Part shown: positions 47,784 through 61,800 of the stretch, piece by piece
How positions within the stretch are numbered: the first letter of the stretch is position 1
Layout of the letters: every line of letters starts with the position of its first letter
DNA from: Laetmonice hystrix
Lineage: Eukaryota
Length of the DNA: 64,000 bases
Reading direction: 5' to 3'
Assembly: GCA_965235115.1 (NCBI GenBank)
Contig: OZ249440.1
Location: 34,722,001-34,786,000, forward strand
Position numbers and translations under genes: made by a program
Notes under the pieces: model-generated
What the model was told of the DNA's origin: nothing
Seen by the model: the letters and a program-made list of their open reading frames with translations, nothing else
Database searches by the model: none

Positions 47784-48539
47784 AGACTATGGTCTACGGT
47801 TATCCGGCCGGTAACAAAATCTTATGGAAATGAAGTAGTCATCTTATTTGCGATAAAAGTCTTTTTAGGCCGGGAACTACAATCTTAATCATTGTAAATT
47901 AAGATTAGCTGATTCTAAGGTGAAATATCAATGTTCCCACTTTCAAGGTGTGGACAGCTATGTGAAAAACGCGAATAAACTCAGCCCGTTTCTCTCCCCA
48001 ACCTTCCACTCGCGGCTACAGAAAAATGGCTGACTCTGTTGATCTTGAACCAATCAGGGGCCGTGATTTAGTGCACGTGATCAGATGGGACTAAAGATGG
48101 CAGCGCCCACGCCGACACGGCGTGGCACTGCTTGTATTATCCACATTTGTGAAAAAATTCCAGGGGAAGCAAGCCAATTTACTCGAAAATCATGGACCAG
48201 AGTTTGTCAGTTTGGGAAAAACTGGATTGAGCACGACGAAGCCGAACAGAAAGTTGCTGAACCATCGTGATTTGTTAAGAAAGGTGGATCGACCTGTCGT
48301 TTAACGTTACACATTGTAAACAGTCAAGATGTTTCAGAGTCGGGCTGGAGGACCAAGGTAACGGCTGCTATCACACATACATAGTCGGCTTCTGCCACCC
48401 ATAACACAGTTGCTAGCCCCCTCTTCAGTTGGCGTGACCACTATCAGACCGGCCTACACCAGCTTTGCTTGCCTTAACTTAAGTCAGGCACGGATCCAGG
48501 CCCAGCCAGGGGGATACACTGACTGTAACACTGGGTGCA

Positions 48540-49615
48540 CGTGCACCCCGTTTCACAATCAATCTTTTCACTTCCGACACACCTTGCCAGCTCAACCCAG
48601 CAAGGATCTCCTGTTCAGTTGTCGTGTCAAGAGAGTTTGTTCGAATCACACCCTTGCTTGAGTTGAGCGTCCGGTGACGAGAGGCCTTAATACTGTAACC
48701 TGCGAGTACTGTGGCACTCAACAGGTTCGCAGATTGGGCCCTCGTGGCACACTCTACCAATAGTTGGCCAGATCTCAATCGTTTACAATCTTTGACTGTT
48801 CCAGCTATCCCCAATATGCCTTTATGTATGGCAAAAGGGGATAGCTTAGATATTGGTCGTTCAGGTTCTGCTGATTCAACAATGATGAAACGAGGCCATT
48901 CAGTCAAAGGTTCGTTCTCCAGAGACCGGTCCGAGTCAGAGTCCGTTAATTTCACTTTTTGGGCTTATGTTAAAAACAAATGGCAGGCCGAATGGTATGA
49001 ACATCCAAACAATAAATTGTATTAGATCAGTCCCATCGTGAACCAAAGGTGTCGTCACGGCCTAAGCCAACGTAGACATGAAATTGTTTTTACTCGATGC
49101 AGGATTGGTCATTCCAGATTAACCCACGTGTTTTTATTGAAGGGGGAGCCGCCTCCTGAATGTTATGGCTGTCAGTGTCCTTTGACACTGAAGCATCTTT
49201 TACTCGAATGTGGTGATTTTACTCTCATCAGACAAAGGTTTTATAATGAGACGAGTCTTAAGGATCTTTTTAGCAATGTCAGACCAGGAGTGATTTTAGA
49301 GTTCTTGTCAGAGGCTGGACTTCTGACTCTTTTATAGATGTGTTTTGGTGGTGTTCCCGTTGGGACCCGGGATAAAATAGGTTCCTTTGGTTTTATGGTC
49401 TTATAACTCTGTTTTCGCCGTGAAGATGGCCCCGGATGGCGACACGGCGCAAAACCACCACTACTCACTCACTCACTCCTGACCAGACAATGGTTTTATA
49501 ATGAGACAAGTGTTAAAGATCTTTTTAGCAATGTCAGACCAGGAGTGAGAGTTTTTAGAGATTTTAGAGTCAGAGCCCGGATGCCGACACAGTGCAAAAC
49601 CACTACTCACTCACT
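48540..49615. mobile_element. Inverted I/Nimb ORF1 N-terminus (-, ~48540-48958) joined to ORF2 3' end (+, ~48958-49478), followed by a deleted tandem tail copy (49479-49615)
   Basis: WPRFIIVES...KLSPFAI.K.I.GIAG.VK..KRLRSGQLLVEC..H.TLNSSKGVI on minus; WAYVKNKWQ..RCRIGHSRLTH..C..C..HLLLEC and (CACT)n on plus. Confidence 0.85.
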
Positions 49616-49996
49616 ATTTTTTCCTCCGACATGTTACCGTAACTATAATAAAATTTGGGCAAAAAAAGTACCACAGGAGGAAGTTTTTTTTTTATTTCGT
49701 CCTCCGTACCTTGGATAACATTCTAGGGTGCCCGTAAACCAAGCAATAAAAAAGTGTGGCCTTAGCAGGTGAACTAGTCGTATGGTCTCTGCGACCAACC
49801 AGTTGCTGGCCTTTTTAATTTTTTATCCCTCATTTGAATAGATCTAGGGGATATGATTATCGATAATTGAGGATAAACCTAGCTAGAAGTAGAACGTCCT
49901 CTGCTAGTAGGGAGTTTATGTGACGTTCCAATGCAGTAGGACAAACGGTGTCACAGACGCCGCGGGCTGTAGCGCTGTAGAAATCCTCCCAACATA

Positions 49997-50183
49997 GTGA
50001 GTGAGTGAGTAGTGGTGGTTTTGCGCCGTGTCAGCATCCGGGGCCATCCTCACGGCGAAAACAGAGTTGTAACACCATAAAATCAAAGGAACCTATTTTA
50101 TCCCGGGTCCCAACGGGAACACCACCAAAACACATCTATAAAAGAGTCAGAAGTCCAGCCTCTGACAAGAACTCTAAAATCAC
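49997..50183 (-). mobile_element. I/Nimb-like LINE 3' end, minus orientation
   Basis: Reverse complement of the shared 3' UTR, starting with (GTGA)n. Confidence 0.88.
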
Positions 50184-51139
50184 ATAAGGTCTAATTCTGG
50201 TCAAACTATTATAAATCTATCATCATCAGAAAGAGGAGAATCTGAGGATTCCGATGGTTATCATCACTATGCTGTACCGTGAGGGGTTGCGGCACAACCG
50301 CTGGTTGAAGCGGCCGACTGCACAAAAAATCGTGCCGGGCTCTCAGCGGTGAAAACGTCCGAACGTTTTTGGCCTTGTCAGAAAATTGGCCTTATTATGA
50401 CGCAACTTTTCATTCAATGTTACGCACAATTGGATCATGAGACCTATTTCAGCCAATAGGAAATAACTTCAGCTATCAGGAGCCGTTTGTAACTAAATGG
50501 TAGGTCAATAAACAACGGTTTTATGCCGTTTTTTGTAGTTCTTCTGATTATAGTCACTATATTGATAATAGCTGAAATTTAGTTACAAACGGATCTTAGT
50601 AGAGTAGGGTGTTCTCTTTCATTTGGTAGTCCTTTAGGATGTGTGTGATTAGTAACATTGAATGAAAATCACATTTGAAAAATTTGAGTTTGGGGTGCTG
50701 ACAGCCGCCACCGCTGTCGTCAGTGCAGAGCGTAGCCGGGCTGCCTGGCTGTACGCTCTCCGTATTGTGACACCGTATCTGAGTGATGACAATAAACTGT
50801 CCCGTCATATCTCCATAGTTACGGTGTCTTGCTCATCGTGTGCAAGTGCTCATGTGAGCTTGTGTGCTCAGGGTAAACAGAAAAACCCCATCACGGCTAA
50901 TGTAGAGTCTATTGCTCAGGGTGAGCACTGCTCACATGAGCAGTAAAATGCTGCTCAGCTCACATCTCAGCGGAAAACGAAACGGAAAAGCCGTTGCCAT
51001 GCCCATGCCATGGCTGGGAGTGGGAGGGATGGGGGATGGGGTTGTTATGTGCGGGGGGGGGGGGGGGGGGGTCATACAGGTCTGCAGGGAGTTAGGTAGT
51101 AGTATTAAAAACTAGTAGGCAATAAGTTTTTTTTATTTT

Positions 51140-51860
51140 TTATTTTTTCTTGATTTGTCGGCCACCTTGATTCCAATATGGCGTCTAATATGGCGGCCAT
51201 CTTGGTTATGGGACTCAAATATATGTTACAGTAAAGACTGCAACAAATAGGAGAGAATGGAATAAGTAAATGTATGATATTTGCTGGATTCAGGCCATAT
51301 ATTACAATTTTCTGATTTAGCGGCCATATTGATTCTAATATGGCTGCCAAATGGCGGCCATATTGTTTTTTTTAAATCTGAAGTGAGCCGTCATATTAAC
51401 CACCTTAGTATTTGTACATTTTACCTTGAAAATCGCAAGAAATGTAATTTTAAGCATTTTATTCTTAATTAAAATGTCAGCCATTTTGAATTCAAAATGG
51501 CGTCCAATATGGCCGACATAATTTTTTTCTTCATCTTATCTTATACTACTGACTTAGATCTGCAAAATAAGGCCAAGATTAAGAATATTGGCCCAAAACA
51601 TCCAAAGTTATTTACTTTTTCATCAAAAAGCTAGACATAAAAAAGCCAAATTTGTGCCATGTTTTCAACCTCATCCCTATGGGAGAATTGTCCCACGAAA
51701 GCCCCATTTATTCACACTTAAAATGTCCATAACTTCGGATAGAGACATGGTATCGAAGAAATTTAAACAGATTTGAAATGCACTCAATGAGCCCTTTCAG
51801 ATCCTGTATCATTTGTTTAGAAAAGATGCATTTGAAAAAATGGCCTAAACACCCTACTGC
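51140..51860. mobile_element. Probable DNA-transposon terminal fragment with clustered AATATGGCGGCCAT-type motifs
   Basis: Repeated (A)AATATGGCG(G/T)CCAT motifs; no ORF; ends not resolved. Confidence 0.4.
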
Positions 51861-53499
51861 TAGGCCTATCATGTGTATCTAGACTGGAAATGGCGTCGAG
51901 TTCCACGAGGTTGCGTTTGACGATGTAGATCGAGCAAAGTACAGAAGATCGCATGCTGTCACTTTTCATCGGAAAACTCCCAATCACAGTTTTTTTCACC
52001 TTTGAATTGATCAACTTCTATTAAACGATTTTCCATTTATTTCTGTATAAAACTAACGTTCACCGGCTGTATATAAAACGCGAAAGGAAGGCGAGTCCTT
52101 TTTAAACGAGGTTGACCGGGTTAACCCATGAATTTGACTTAACCCGGAGAATGGGTTAACCCAATCTGTGGTTTAACCCATTCTCCTTGCTATCGGCCAC
52201 TTTACTTACTTACTCACTCATTCAATACCTGTACTTCTTCTGCTGGTACAGCACACACTTGGCTGCCCTCACAAGTTTCAATTGCAGGCTGGTGGAGCAG
52301 CTGCAGCAGGAGGGATGGTCGGCCGGCCTTGTGGTTCAGTCGTCTGTGCCAACCTTCGACATCGTCGTACGTCCTGCTTGCCTGACTGTAGGTGGACCAA
52401 TCTGATGTTCCCTATAGTCCTTTGCAGCAAGTTAGGAACTGTCTCGGGTAGCTCATTTGATCCCCAACAAATTCAGGGTTACCATTCTTAAATTTCAATA
52501 AAAGCTTCTAACATTATGAAATAGTGTATGATCATAATAATAGCCCAGTTCAAAAGTTTTTTTATGCAAGAATTTATGATATTAATAAGAAAACACCATG
52601 ACAACCCGGACTTTTAGTCAAGCACATGGCCCATCTCATGGCCGCCGACGTCACAGCAGAGTCAGACTTCGCAGTGCCAGCAGCAGACATAATGCTGCTT
52701 GTACAAAAACTGGAAATCTGCTATAATTCAAACTTATACTAAAAGCTTTACAATCATCTCATCTAAACGGCCAGAAAGTTTTAGCTCAATCGCACGCTTC
52801 GTTATTGAGAAAACATCAACTTTACATAAGACTTTTTGTGACACGTTTTGACAGCTGTGACCCGGATGATAAACATGATGAGGTCGACATCCTGGCAGTT
52901 AACATTATGCCAAACAGGAAGCTCTTGCAAGGTCAAAATATCCCAGTATTAGAAAAAAATAATACAGTGGAAAACAGAAAAAGATTCCCTTTAAAAAGAC
53001 ATATAATATAATGTTGTAAAAAAAATTGAACCTTATCCTATCATTGAAAATTCACAATGACGTTGTTCTTCTGTGACGTCTGACAATGCATCTGTGACGT
53101 TTTGACCTATAAACGTACAAAAACGGCAAATTTCGATCTCGCAGTGTGCTGCTACTACAACTGGCAAAATTGAAGCTATAAAGATGACTGTAGTACCATT
53201 CGATCGGGAATTTAATTTTGAAATCAGCATGCAAGTTAGGATGTGTCAAGTTAAATACGATGACCGCAGCGACACATTCACTGGTGCAGAGTCAAGGAAA
53301 ATGGAAAATTTCGGCAAGTTTTTGTAGTTCTTCACACACTGCTAGCTTGTAGGATTTAAAGATTAGACAAATGCCATGTTGTGAATTACGTAGATCTAAG
53401 TCTAAGGTCTAGAATGGTGTTTATTTGAATACTGTAGACCCAATAGTTGCTGAGATATTAGCATCGACACAAAAAATGTCAGGGCAACATGATGTTTTA

Positions 53500-54480
53500 G
53501 TCCCTAACTTGGTGACACGCGCTATAGTGCCTGTCGAACCACGTACACTGGATGTGGATGTACTCGCATAGTTGAGACAGAGGGACCTGGCTGGCCGTCT
53601 CCTTCAGCTTTACAGAGGTTGCTACGATGTGTTGCACAGAAAGAAACAGCTGCCTGATGAATGCCTGGATGTTGGCATCTGAGGTGTAGCTGGCCTGAGG
53701 TCCCAGGTTCTGGCATCGTCTCCACACAGCCTGTATCCGGTGAAACATGCCTTCACCTCTACCTCAAGGAACACGGACCGGACGGCCTTCCACATCGCTA
53801 CCTCAAAGTCGATGACTACGGACTTGATGTCGACTCCTTTGGACGGCAACATTCTCTTGACCTTTTTGAGGACCTTTGTATAATCAGCAGCCAGTCATTC
53901 GGCGTAACATGACCAAGGCCAGGGGACCTGCTTCAGGTCGTCCTCATCTCACTTGATGAAAGCGTGGAGGCTTAAGAGCTGATTGAATGGTTTGCTGAGA
54001 ATCTTGAACGTCCTGTACAAATACAGCCTCTTCACCTTGTCCAGGACTGCCCTCAGATCTTCGGTAAAGAAGACAAGGTGGTGGGCCCCATAGACTGTGA
54101 TGTCTTTCTATAGGAAGTCAGGCGGGATGAAGTCTGTAGCCATTTCGAAAGTCAGACCCCAGGGCTCGGCAGGGTGGTTGGCTTGGCGGGCTCGGTTGGT
54201 AGTCTGGTCTAAGTTGGCGGGTTTGGGGCAGCTTGGACCAGGGAGGTCGCCCAACTGGCCGGTAAGCAGGTCATCAAGTGTGGCTCCTGACCGAAAGATG
54301 TCTGCTCTGCTTGACGTCAGCCCGGATCTGGACCTCCAGCTCAGCACCTGGTTGGGCTTGGTGAACGTGACTGTGCGTCCCACGTGCGAGGAGGTCTCTG
54401 CTTCAGGGCGACTGAAGCTGGTGCTGACATTGAAGCTGTCTGGCTAGGGCTCTGGCTCGTGAACTGGCTTGTGGACCGTT
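53500..54480 (-). pseudogene. MULE (Mutator-like) transposase fragment
   Basis: NRARQ..HP.EP..L.F, Y...TFK...PF.QL.S.HAF, VIDFEVAMWKAV..VF..V.VKACF, H..QAVWR..Q.LG. Confidence 0.82.
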
Positions 54481-54549
54481 GGATCTGCATCCACCTCCGT
54501 ACTCTCATTACTCATAGCTGCCTCCTTAAGCCACAGTCCCATATAAGCA

Positions 54550-55692
54550 CGGATGGACACGGCAGTCCCGGAGAGTGTCGGATCCTGCCAGATCAAGATC
54601 CGGGATGATCCGTGCTATTTTTTCGGTTTTTGAGCATCAACGGTCGTCCAGCGACCATCATGCTGGTGGCAACATTGCATGGCGCCCACACGGATGACCA
54701 AGGACCGTCCCGGACAGTCACAGCAGAGCGACGTACCAACACGACGTCTACACGGACAGCCCCGGATAAACACAGACCAACACGGCGTCACACGGACCAT
54801 CCCAGACCTACACGGCAGTGACACAGACCAACCGTCAATAACTTGTATAAAAGCAGGCTGATTTTCGGTAATTCCATCATTCTGCAATCGGATCTCAAAC
54901 GTGTCACATCGTATTTCAGCATATTATACATTAGCGAAAACATCAAAGTGCCAGCCAAAAAGAAACCTACTGTCAAAGTGGGCCTTCCAGTTCCCAAAAG
55001 GTCGTCACGAACAACATCCGCTACTGAAGAAACAACAGAACAACAGCAACAAGAAGAAACAAGATCATGATCAAGATCACCATCACCTTCACAAGTACAA
55101 GCATCAGCACCACCACAGCTACTGACGCTAAGAAAAAGAAGTCCCTGGTCCTGTCAGACGAACAGGAGGTGGAGTTGGCCAATTGGCTCAAGGAGAACGC
55201 TATGCTGTACACGAAGAGCATGAAGGAATAAAAAACACGGCAAAGAAGATGTGCTTCCTGTCCAAGGCACCCACACAGTTGTGCAGCTGCCGAACTGCTT
55301 GGCGATGTTCTTCCACTCATCTGGCGTTTCAGGACAGGGAATTAGTTCCTCAGCAAACTCTACAAGCATCGCGTCGCAGACCTATAAAACTCTACAAGCA
55401 TCGCATCGCAGACCTAACGCATGACCTTGGAGATGGTGTTGTGTGCGACCCTGAAGCCATACATCAGAGAGTGGTAGCTGTCGCCTGATGCTAGGTACCG
55501 CAATGTTATTGCCAACTTAATGCCAGCTGTCAGACGCTTCCTGTACTTTGACTTCTTCGGCTTGATTCTGTGCTTAATGCGTGTCAGGATCTCTTGGTAT
55601 ATCTGATAACCCATGCAAAGGAAATTACAGAAGCCCTTGGCATCTTCTTTCTTCAGTTCATCCATCAGCCGTGCGTACTGACCCATTGGCAC
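54550..55692. mobile_element. Internally deleted PIF/Harbinger element: MADF/Myb-like gene start (+) convergent with transposase N-terminus (-)
   Basis: Plus: LSDEQEVELANWLKENAMLYTK (~55150-55225). Minus: F.NFL.M..., KLAITLRYLASGDSY.SL.Y.FRV...TIS, P.TPDEW..IA..F, C.GALD.KHI. ACACGG-rich subterminal repeats. Confidence 0.82.
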
Positions 55693-56459
55693 AAAGCTAA
55701 TGTTATGGGGATTCAGACTGTATATCTTAACTTTTTTAGCCTGTAGAGTCTAGGGGTTTCAGTACATTATCGGCAAATGTACCGAGGCGAAAAGTTTGTG
55801 TAAAAGATTTCTTCAAATGTTCTTATTCACACTCTCGTAACAGCAAAATAATGTGTTTACAAGAAAAGTCGCCTATATACTATGAAAGGAAATTGTATGA
55901 GGAAGAGAATGATACCATACTTGTTTAGATTGCATTGTGATAGACTGAGTGTGCACCATATTAAAAGTCGTGCATTTTGCCTGGGCGGCCGTTGGGGCCA
56001 GCCGTTTCTGGGCTACCGTCATCCACGCCGCTAGGTGGCTGACGGAATGTAACGTCACAATAGAGCTCAATGACAGTGAAACTTCTGTATCTGCCTATAG
56101 GGTGTGCAAGTGGGTCAAGAGAAAACATGAGAAAACCCGAGAACGGCCGGCTTTGGTCCTAACGTGTCGTAACCTCGTCACTTTAGCATTGCGACTACCA
56201 TAGGAGCCGGCAACTCTCAACGTCTAAATATTATTATTTCATAGATAGGGCGCTTTCATTCTTGTTCCTTACAAAACAAGAGCACCAACCTGTTTTACGT
56301 ATGAAAGAATACATTTCATGTCTTAGATGTCAAAACTGACAAAAATCTGGTCGATGTTTGAAAGTGTGTTTTCTCATCCCATGTTAAACCAATGGAGAAA
56401 TTGTGACGTAACAATCGTTTAGGGACCAACGTGACGCGTTTCGAGGCTATTTCGGGTCA

Positions 56460-58200
56460 TTTAGGGGTCAAGGACGCGAGACTTGCACGCCCTATTCTGT
56501 GATTTGACCATGGAGGCAGGCGTAGTAGCCTGGGAATGAGAGTATGTTGTGGCTTTAGTAGCAGGCTTGTACCGGAGAATCTTGACTGGCTTCGGTTACT
56601 GGTTGATAACAAACTCTTTCTGCAGATGAAGTTGTGGGTTCCAGGAGGTCGTCCCTGTCCAGAGTCAGGTAAAACTGGCCAGTAATTACCTGCACCTGGA
56701 TTAGACCCCAAAAGAATGTAAATAATATTTACAGTACACAAAAGTATAAATTAATTAATCGAAGAGGAACAATAAATATATTTCACGTTTTGGCGGATTT
56801 CCGGTAGTAATGAAAAATGGCCTTCATACTATAAGCTAGGGCATCGAAAAAAATACGGAGGGACGGTCGGTCGGACGGAGGGAGGGAGGGTCGGACGAGG
56901 TTATTAAATGCCATAGCGGGTTATCAGATTCCTCACCACTTCATACAATTTTCTAATTTTTATTTTTTCTGGCAGATGTCCATAATAGTTGTCAATGATG
57001 TCCTGCAGTGCTAGGGTTTTTTTTCCATATGCTGGTTATTTTGGCCAGCCGAACGACCTTGGATGTCATGATGTGTGGGAAGAAGTCGGCTATCATATTC
57101 TTGTGTTCCTCAGAGAGCTTTATGGGACCTTTGGTCTGGGCTGGCCACTGAATTGCCACGGCCAGTGCCGCTGTAGAGGACGGCTCGTCTTTCGTTTGCA
57201 CCAGGCTATCATTGGGGTCCTCGTCTTCCGTCACTGATGTAAAATAAAGGAAATTTTAACATGCACGGGAGCCATTTAGATGAAACACGTAGGCCTACCA
57301 ATTAGCATCCGCATGATTTATATTAATTTTCTATGTTTGATTTGCTTGTTTAATAAATCGGAATGTTGCCGAAAATTCAACAAACGGACACTGTCCTCTA
57401 GTTATCACAAAGAAAGCGGGAATCGTCGATATTAAAATATAAAAATACGAGAGAAAAAAGCTTCTTTGAACTAGCAAAGGAGATATATAAAGATGGCACG
57501 TATAGCTTTCATGTCACAACTTGACATCCACATTTACCTGTCATGGCTTCCAGGATGGGGCCCGACATTTCTGCAGCAGCCTTGGTTCTATCTTCCAGAT
57601 TGTAGTACCTCTGCTGTGTTGCGACCCGGTGCTTCATGTGGGCAGCTAACGCAACCTGTTTTGTGGGGTCTTCTGTAGCACCTGATAAACCATTTGTAGA
57701 ATCGTTCATTTAAATTTAATCAACTGAGGTTTCACGATCAAGGTATTATATAATATCTGAGGTCCTGCTTTTTATTTTAGTTTGCAAACTTTACCAATCT
57801 AAATTATACCAGGCCAGGGGTCGCTTCTTACTTTTCTTGTGTGTGCGGTCTTTTGGTAATTGGGAGGCAAATTGAAAATCTAAAAAGACATGAATGGGCC
57901 TATTAAAACCTTATGTATACATACACGGGTCACTGCTGTCTTGCGTATCAGACAGGCGGTGATTGTAATCCGTATGCCTCATGACAGCAGTCAAGATGTT
58001 GGCGATGTCTGACTGCGTCATGGGCCTGCCTGAGCGGTTTCGGAATACTGGTGAATCACCAGTATTCCAGGCCTGATAAAATCCCGGCAGTCTGGGTTGC
58101 ACATTCTCAACATATTGAGACAGGGCTTTGAAATCTGATGAATCCACGCAGAGTTGGGCGGCCGAATGTGTTGTCGCCGTTTTGTGATCGGAGATCTACA
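56460..58200 (-). pseudogene. Intron-containing tyrosine recombinase (Crypton-like) gene, C-terminal part
   Basis: SDHKTATTH..AQL....Y....P...VF....G (58190-57990), LIRKTAVT (~57950-57925, shifted frame), LAAHMKHRVATQQRYY in the next putative exon (~57680-57537); GT-AG-like boundaries; low-complexity downstream exons. Confidence 0.65.
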
Positions 58201-58809
58201 ACAGAATTTGGAAATCAATACGATACCCGACATTTTGCTGTACATGTAGATCTACTCCCTTCGACAATTTTTCAGAAAAATGATATTCAAAAACGTATAG
58301 AGCTCGAAGACAGAGAAGTTAAGAAGCTATATCCAGGACCCTGGTTTATTTGACAAAATCCTAACATATAAAAGTTATTATACATGAACCATACAAGATT
58401 CATTAATCATTTTTCATGTAAACAGATGACTAGAACTAGAATGTCTTGTACTTGTGTAACAGAGCTTGATAATTTCGTCCGTAATTCAGTGGTTCCTTCC
58501 AGGTTAGTGTGTTGCATAACTAACTAGAAATTGTTCAGTCCGAACAGGACGTCTCCCTTTTTTTTAAAGTAATGACATCTGTGATGTGTGTGAGGTAGAA
58601 TTCCTCAGAGTAGGATAGTTCTAGTCCGCCAGGTGGCGCTGTGGTCTGATGGTAGTTAAATGTTCCGCCAGAGGGAGCTTAAGTGGGAGGTTCCGGGTTT
58701 TCTCAGTGAGACCAGAAAGTTCCCGTAATAGTTGGAAATTAGAAAGTTCTCAAACAACTAGAATTATCCAGTGACAGTCGAACATTCTACAACGAGAAGG
58801 TTCTTAAAC

Positions 58810-61800
58810 TGAAGGTATATCACATGAATTCCAGCGTGACGGAATCACCATTTGTACGCGTTTTTATTGCATCCCCCAGTCAATTAAAAAAATACAGCCC
58901 AGAAACGGTGTTAAATTTTATTTTATTTTCAAAAACAAGAACTGTCGTAATTATTCGCTGCCTTGCAATGCGTGCGATACTTATTGCGCATTTGTATTTA
59001 CCCCATCAATATGCGTGACGGAATCACAATGAAAATTACCACTACATGAAATACCTGAATTACTTAAGATGTTTCATCAAAAATGTGATCCCGCTGAAGG
59101 TAAACAATGTTTTTTCACCAAAAAATATTCAGCTGTACCATTTAACCTGGAAGGCATAGTACAGCTCTTGCTTGACAAGAATCTACTATCGAAATAATAC
59201 GTGACGGAATCACAAAAGTCGATGTGACGGAATCACCAGTGCATTCATTACCAGTAGGCCTATAATATGTAATGTAGATTTTATCAGGTGAGATCTCTAC
59301 TATGTCGTCTAAGTTAAATGGTTAAATGGTCTAGGTTAAATTTATTTTTAACATCTTTGAAATAAGATGGAAATGACATTAACGAGAAAGTACAACACTG
59401 CCATATCCAAAAATTAAGTGTGATGAACTTTGTGAGTGTGTTTGAAGTGAGTCTCTCACTCGTTACTGTAATTCTAGTTACAGAAGCAGTCTTTACATGT
59501 GAACGTCTCGTCATCAAGGATGCCATCGATTTCCCCACAAGACGAATGGTACCAAGCTTGACATTCTTGACAACATATCCAGTCTTCATTTTTCTTAGGA
59601 TCATTTTTGGCGCCATAAGGAACCTCACATAACCTGCATGGAAATTGTTTCTCAACTTTCTCCTTTTTCTTTTTGGAATACTGGATTCCTGCCTTCCATT
59701 TCTTGGTACCTGTAGATGTGGTTTCATTTGTCATGTCTGATTTATCTGCATCGTTGGCAGAGATTTCATTTGTGCGTCCTTCATCGATAGACACAATGGT
59801 TGCCACTGGAGGATGTTCAGGGGATACTAAGACTTCAACCATGTGGACAACAGCTTGGATTCTCCCATACCTTTGTGGTGGTAGCAGATCTTTGCGCGCA
59901 ACTGTATTTTCAAACTCTTTATTTGAACGAGAATAAAATTTCCTCAAAACATTTCCATTCACAGGTTTTACTGGTTCAATAAAATGTGTGTTTATTGTAC
60001 CAGGGACAGTTATGCCATTCAAGTACTTCCATAGATTGTCCATGTCCAGTTCTTCCAATGTATGCATCATCTCATCCTCGCTGACTATCAGAACTGTGAT
60101 GGACGTGTCTGCATGGGTCAAAGCTTCAGCGAAAGATTTGGCATCTTTTACAATCCACTGCCTTGTCATCACTAGTCTATTCACCACTCGCTTGCTACTG
60201 CATCCACTGGTCCTTTTCCATGTCCAGCTGCTGAATAGTTCCAGCTCATGTCAATACTATACAGACACTGCATTTTCACTGGGAGTCCAAATATATAATT
60301 GTTCCTGAACTGTGAACTGGGTCCGTCAGTCCAGAAGATAATTTCCTTGACGTCTGAGGATTCTGCAGTTACCATATCAATCACTTTCTTCAGGTAGACA
60401 GCAACCATATCAATCACTTTCTTCAGGTAGACAGCAACTGTTGTTTTTTCATGGTCCCTGTTGTCAGAGACAATAACACACGATCTCTGCCCAGCACTGT
60501 GCCAAATGATCAGAGACTCATCCCCTGACATATTTTGAACATTTTCTTGACGTCCAGGCAAGGTATCCCTCACATTATGCCTTCTATACAGATGGCTCAA
60601 AGGATGGCAGTGATGTGTCTGCGGCTGCAGTTCATGGCAAGCACAACTTCGGCACCCGCATCTCGGGGCAAAGTTCCATCTTCTCAGCAGAGGCCCGGGC
60701 CCTGCTTCTTGCCCTTGAAAATATTGAAGTTTCTAGTGAAAAGGATTTCCTTATTTTCTCGGATTCCTTATCCTGTCTGCAAGCACTTGCTAACTTGAAC
60801 ACAGATCACCCGGTGATCGTTCAAATCTTGTCCAAGTTGGCAGTGCTTGCCAATGCAAACTTTGATATTCACTTTTGCTGGGTGCCTGGGCATGTTGGTA
60901 TCCCAGGCAATGAGCAAGCTGACAGAACTGCCAAGAGGGCTCTTGAAACAGACGTCGAACTGTGTCCAATCCCAGCCTCTGACCTCAGACCTACCATCTG
61001 GGCATACATTAAGAACAAATGGCAGGCTGAATGGGATGAACAACCAAACAATAAATTGTACCAGATCAGTCCTGTCGTGAACCAAAGGTGTCTTCACGGC
61101 CTAACCCAACGTAGGCATGAAATTGTTTATACTCGATGCAGGATTGGTCATTCTAGATTAACCCACGTGTTTTTATTCAAGGGGGAGCCACCTCCAGAGT
61201 GTCATGGCTGTCAGTGTCCTTTGACACTGAAGCATCTTTTACTTGAGTGTGGTGATTTTACTCTGATCAGACAACGGTTTTATAGTGAGACAAGTCTTAA
61301 GGATCTTTTTAACAATGTCAGACCAGGAGTGATTTTAGAGTTTTTGTCAGAAGCTGGACTTCTGACTCTTTTATAGTTCAGGCTCGTCGATGGCCCGGTT
61401 GGGCTGACGGGGTGGAGTGTGTTTTAATGATATTCCCGTTGGGGCCCGGGATAAAATAGGTTCCTTTCATTTCATGGTCTTTTTAACCCTGTTTTCGCCG
61501 TGAAGATGGCCCCAGATGCCGGCACGGCGGAAAACCACCACTACTCACTCACTCACTCCTGTGCCAAATGACAACAGTATACAATGATACTTGACTCTGA
61601 TTCCAATGGGCAGAAGCACATTCGTCTTGATACATACATGAGTAATTCTCACTGAAGTCCATTTGTACAACAGCAATTTGACTTTCTGGCTTCTTCGCTT
61701 TTTCTTTGTCCTCCTCATATGCCTTGGACTGTTGTCGTTTGATGTAGACGTGCCACAGGAATTTTGGCATGTTATTCACAAGTTTCCCGATGGCCTCTTG

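Noticed and set aside
49241..49468. Recurrent MSSGGFAP...PKEPILSRVPTGTPPKH ORF as a multicopy gene
   Set aside because: Antisense translation of the LINE 3' UTR, starting from a GTG in the tail
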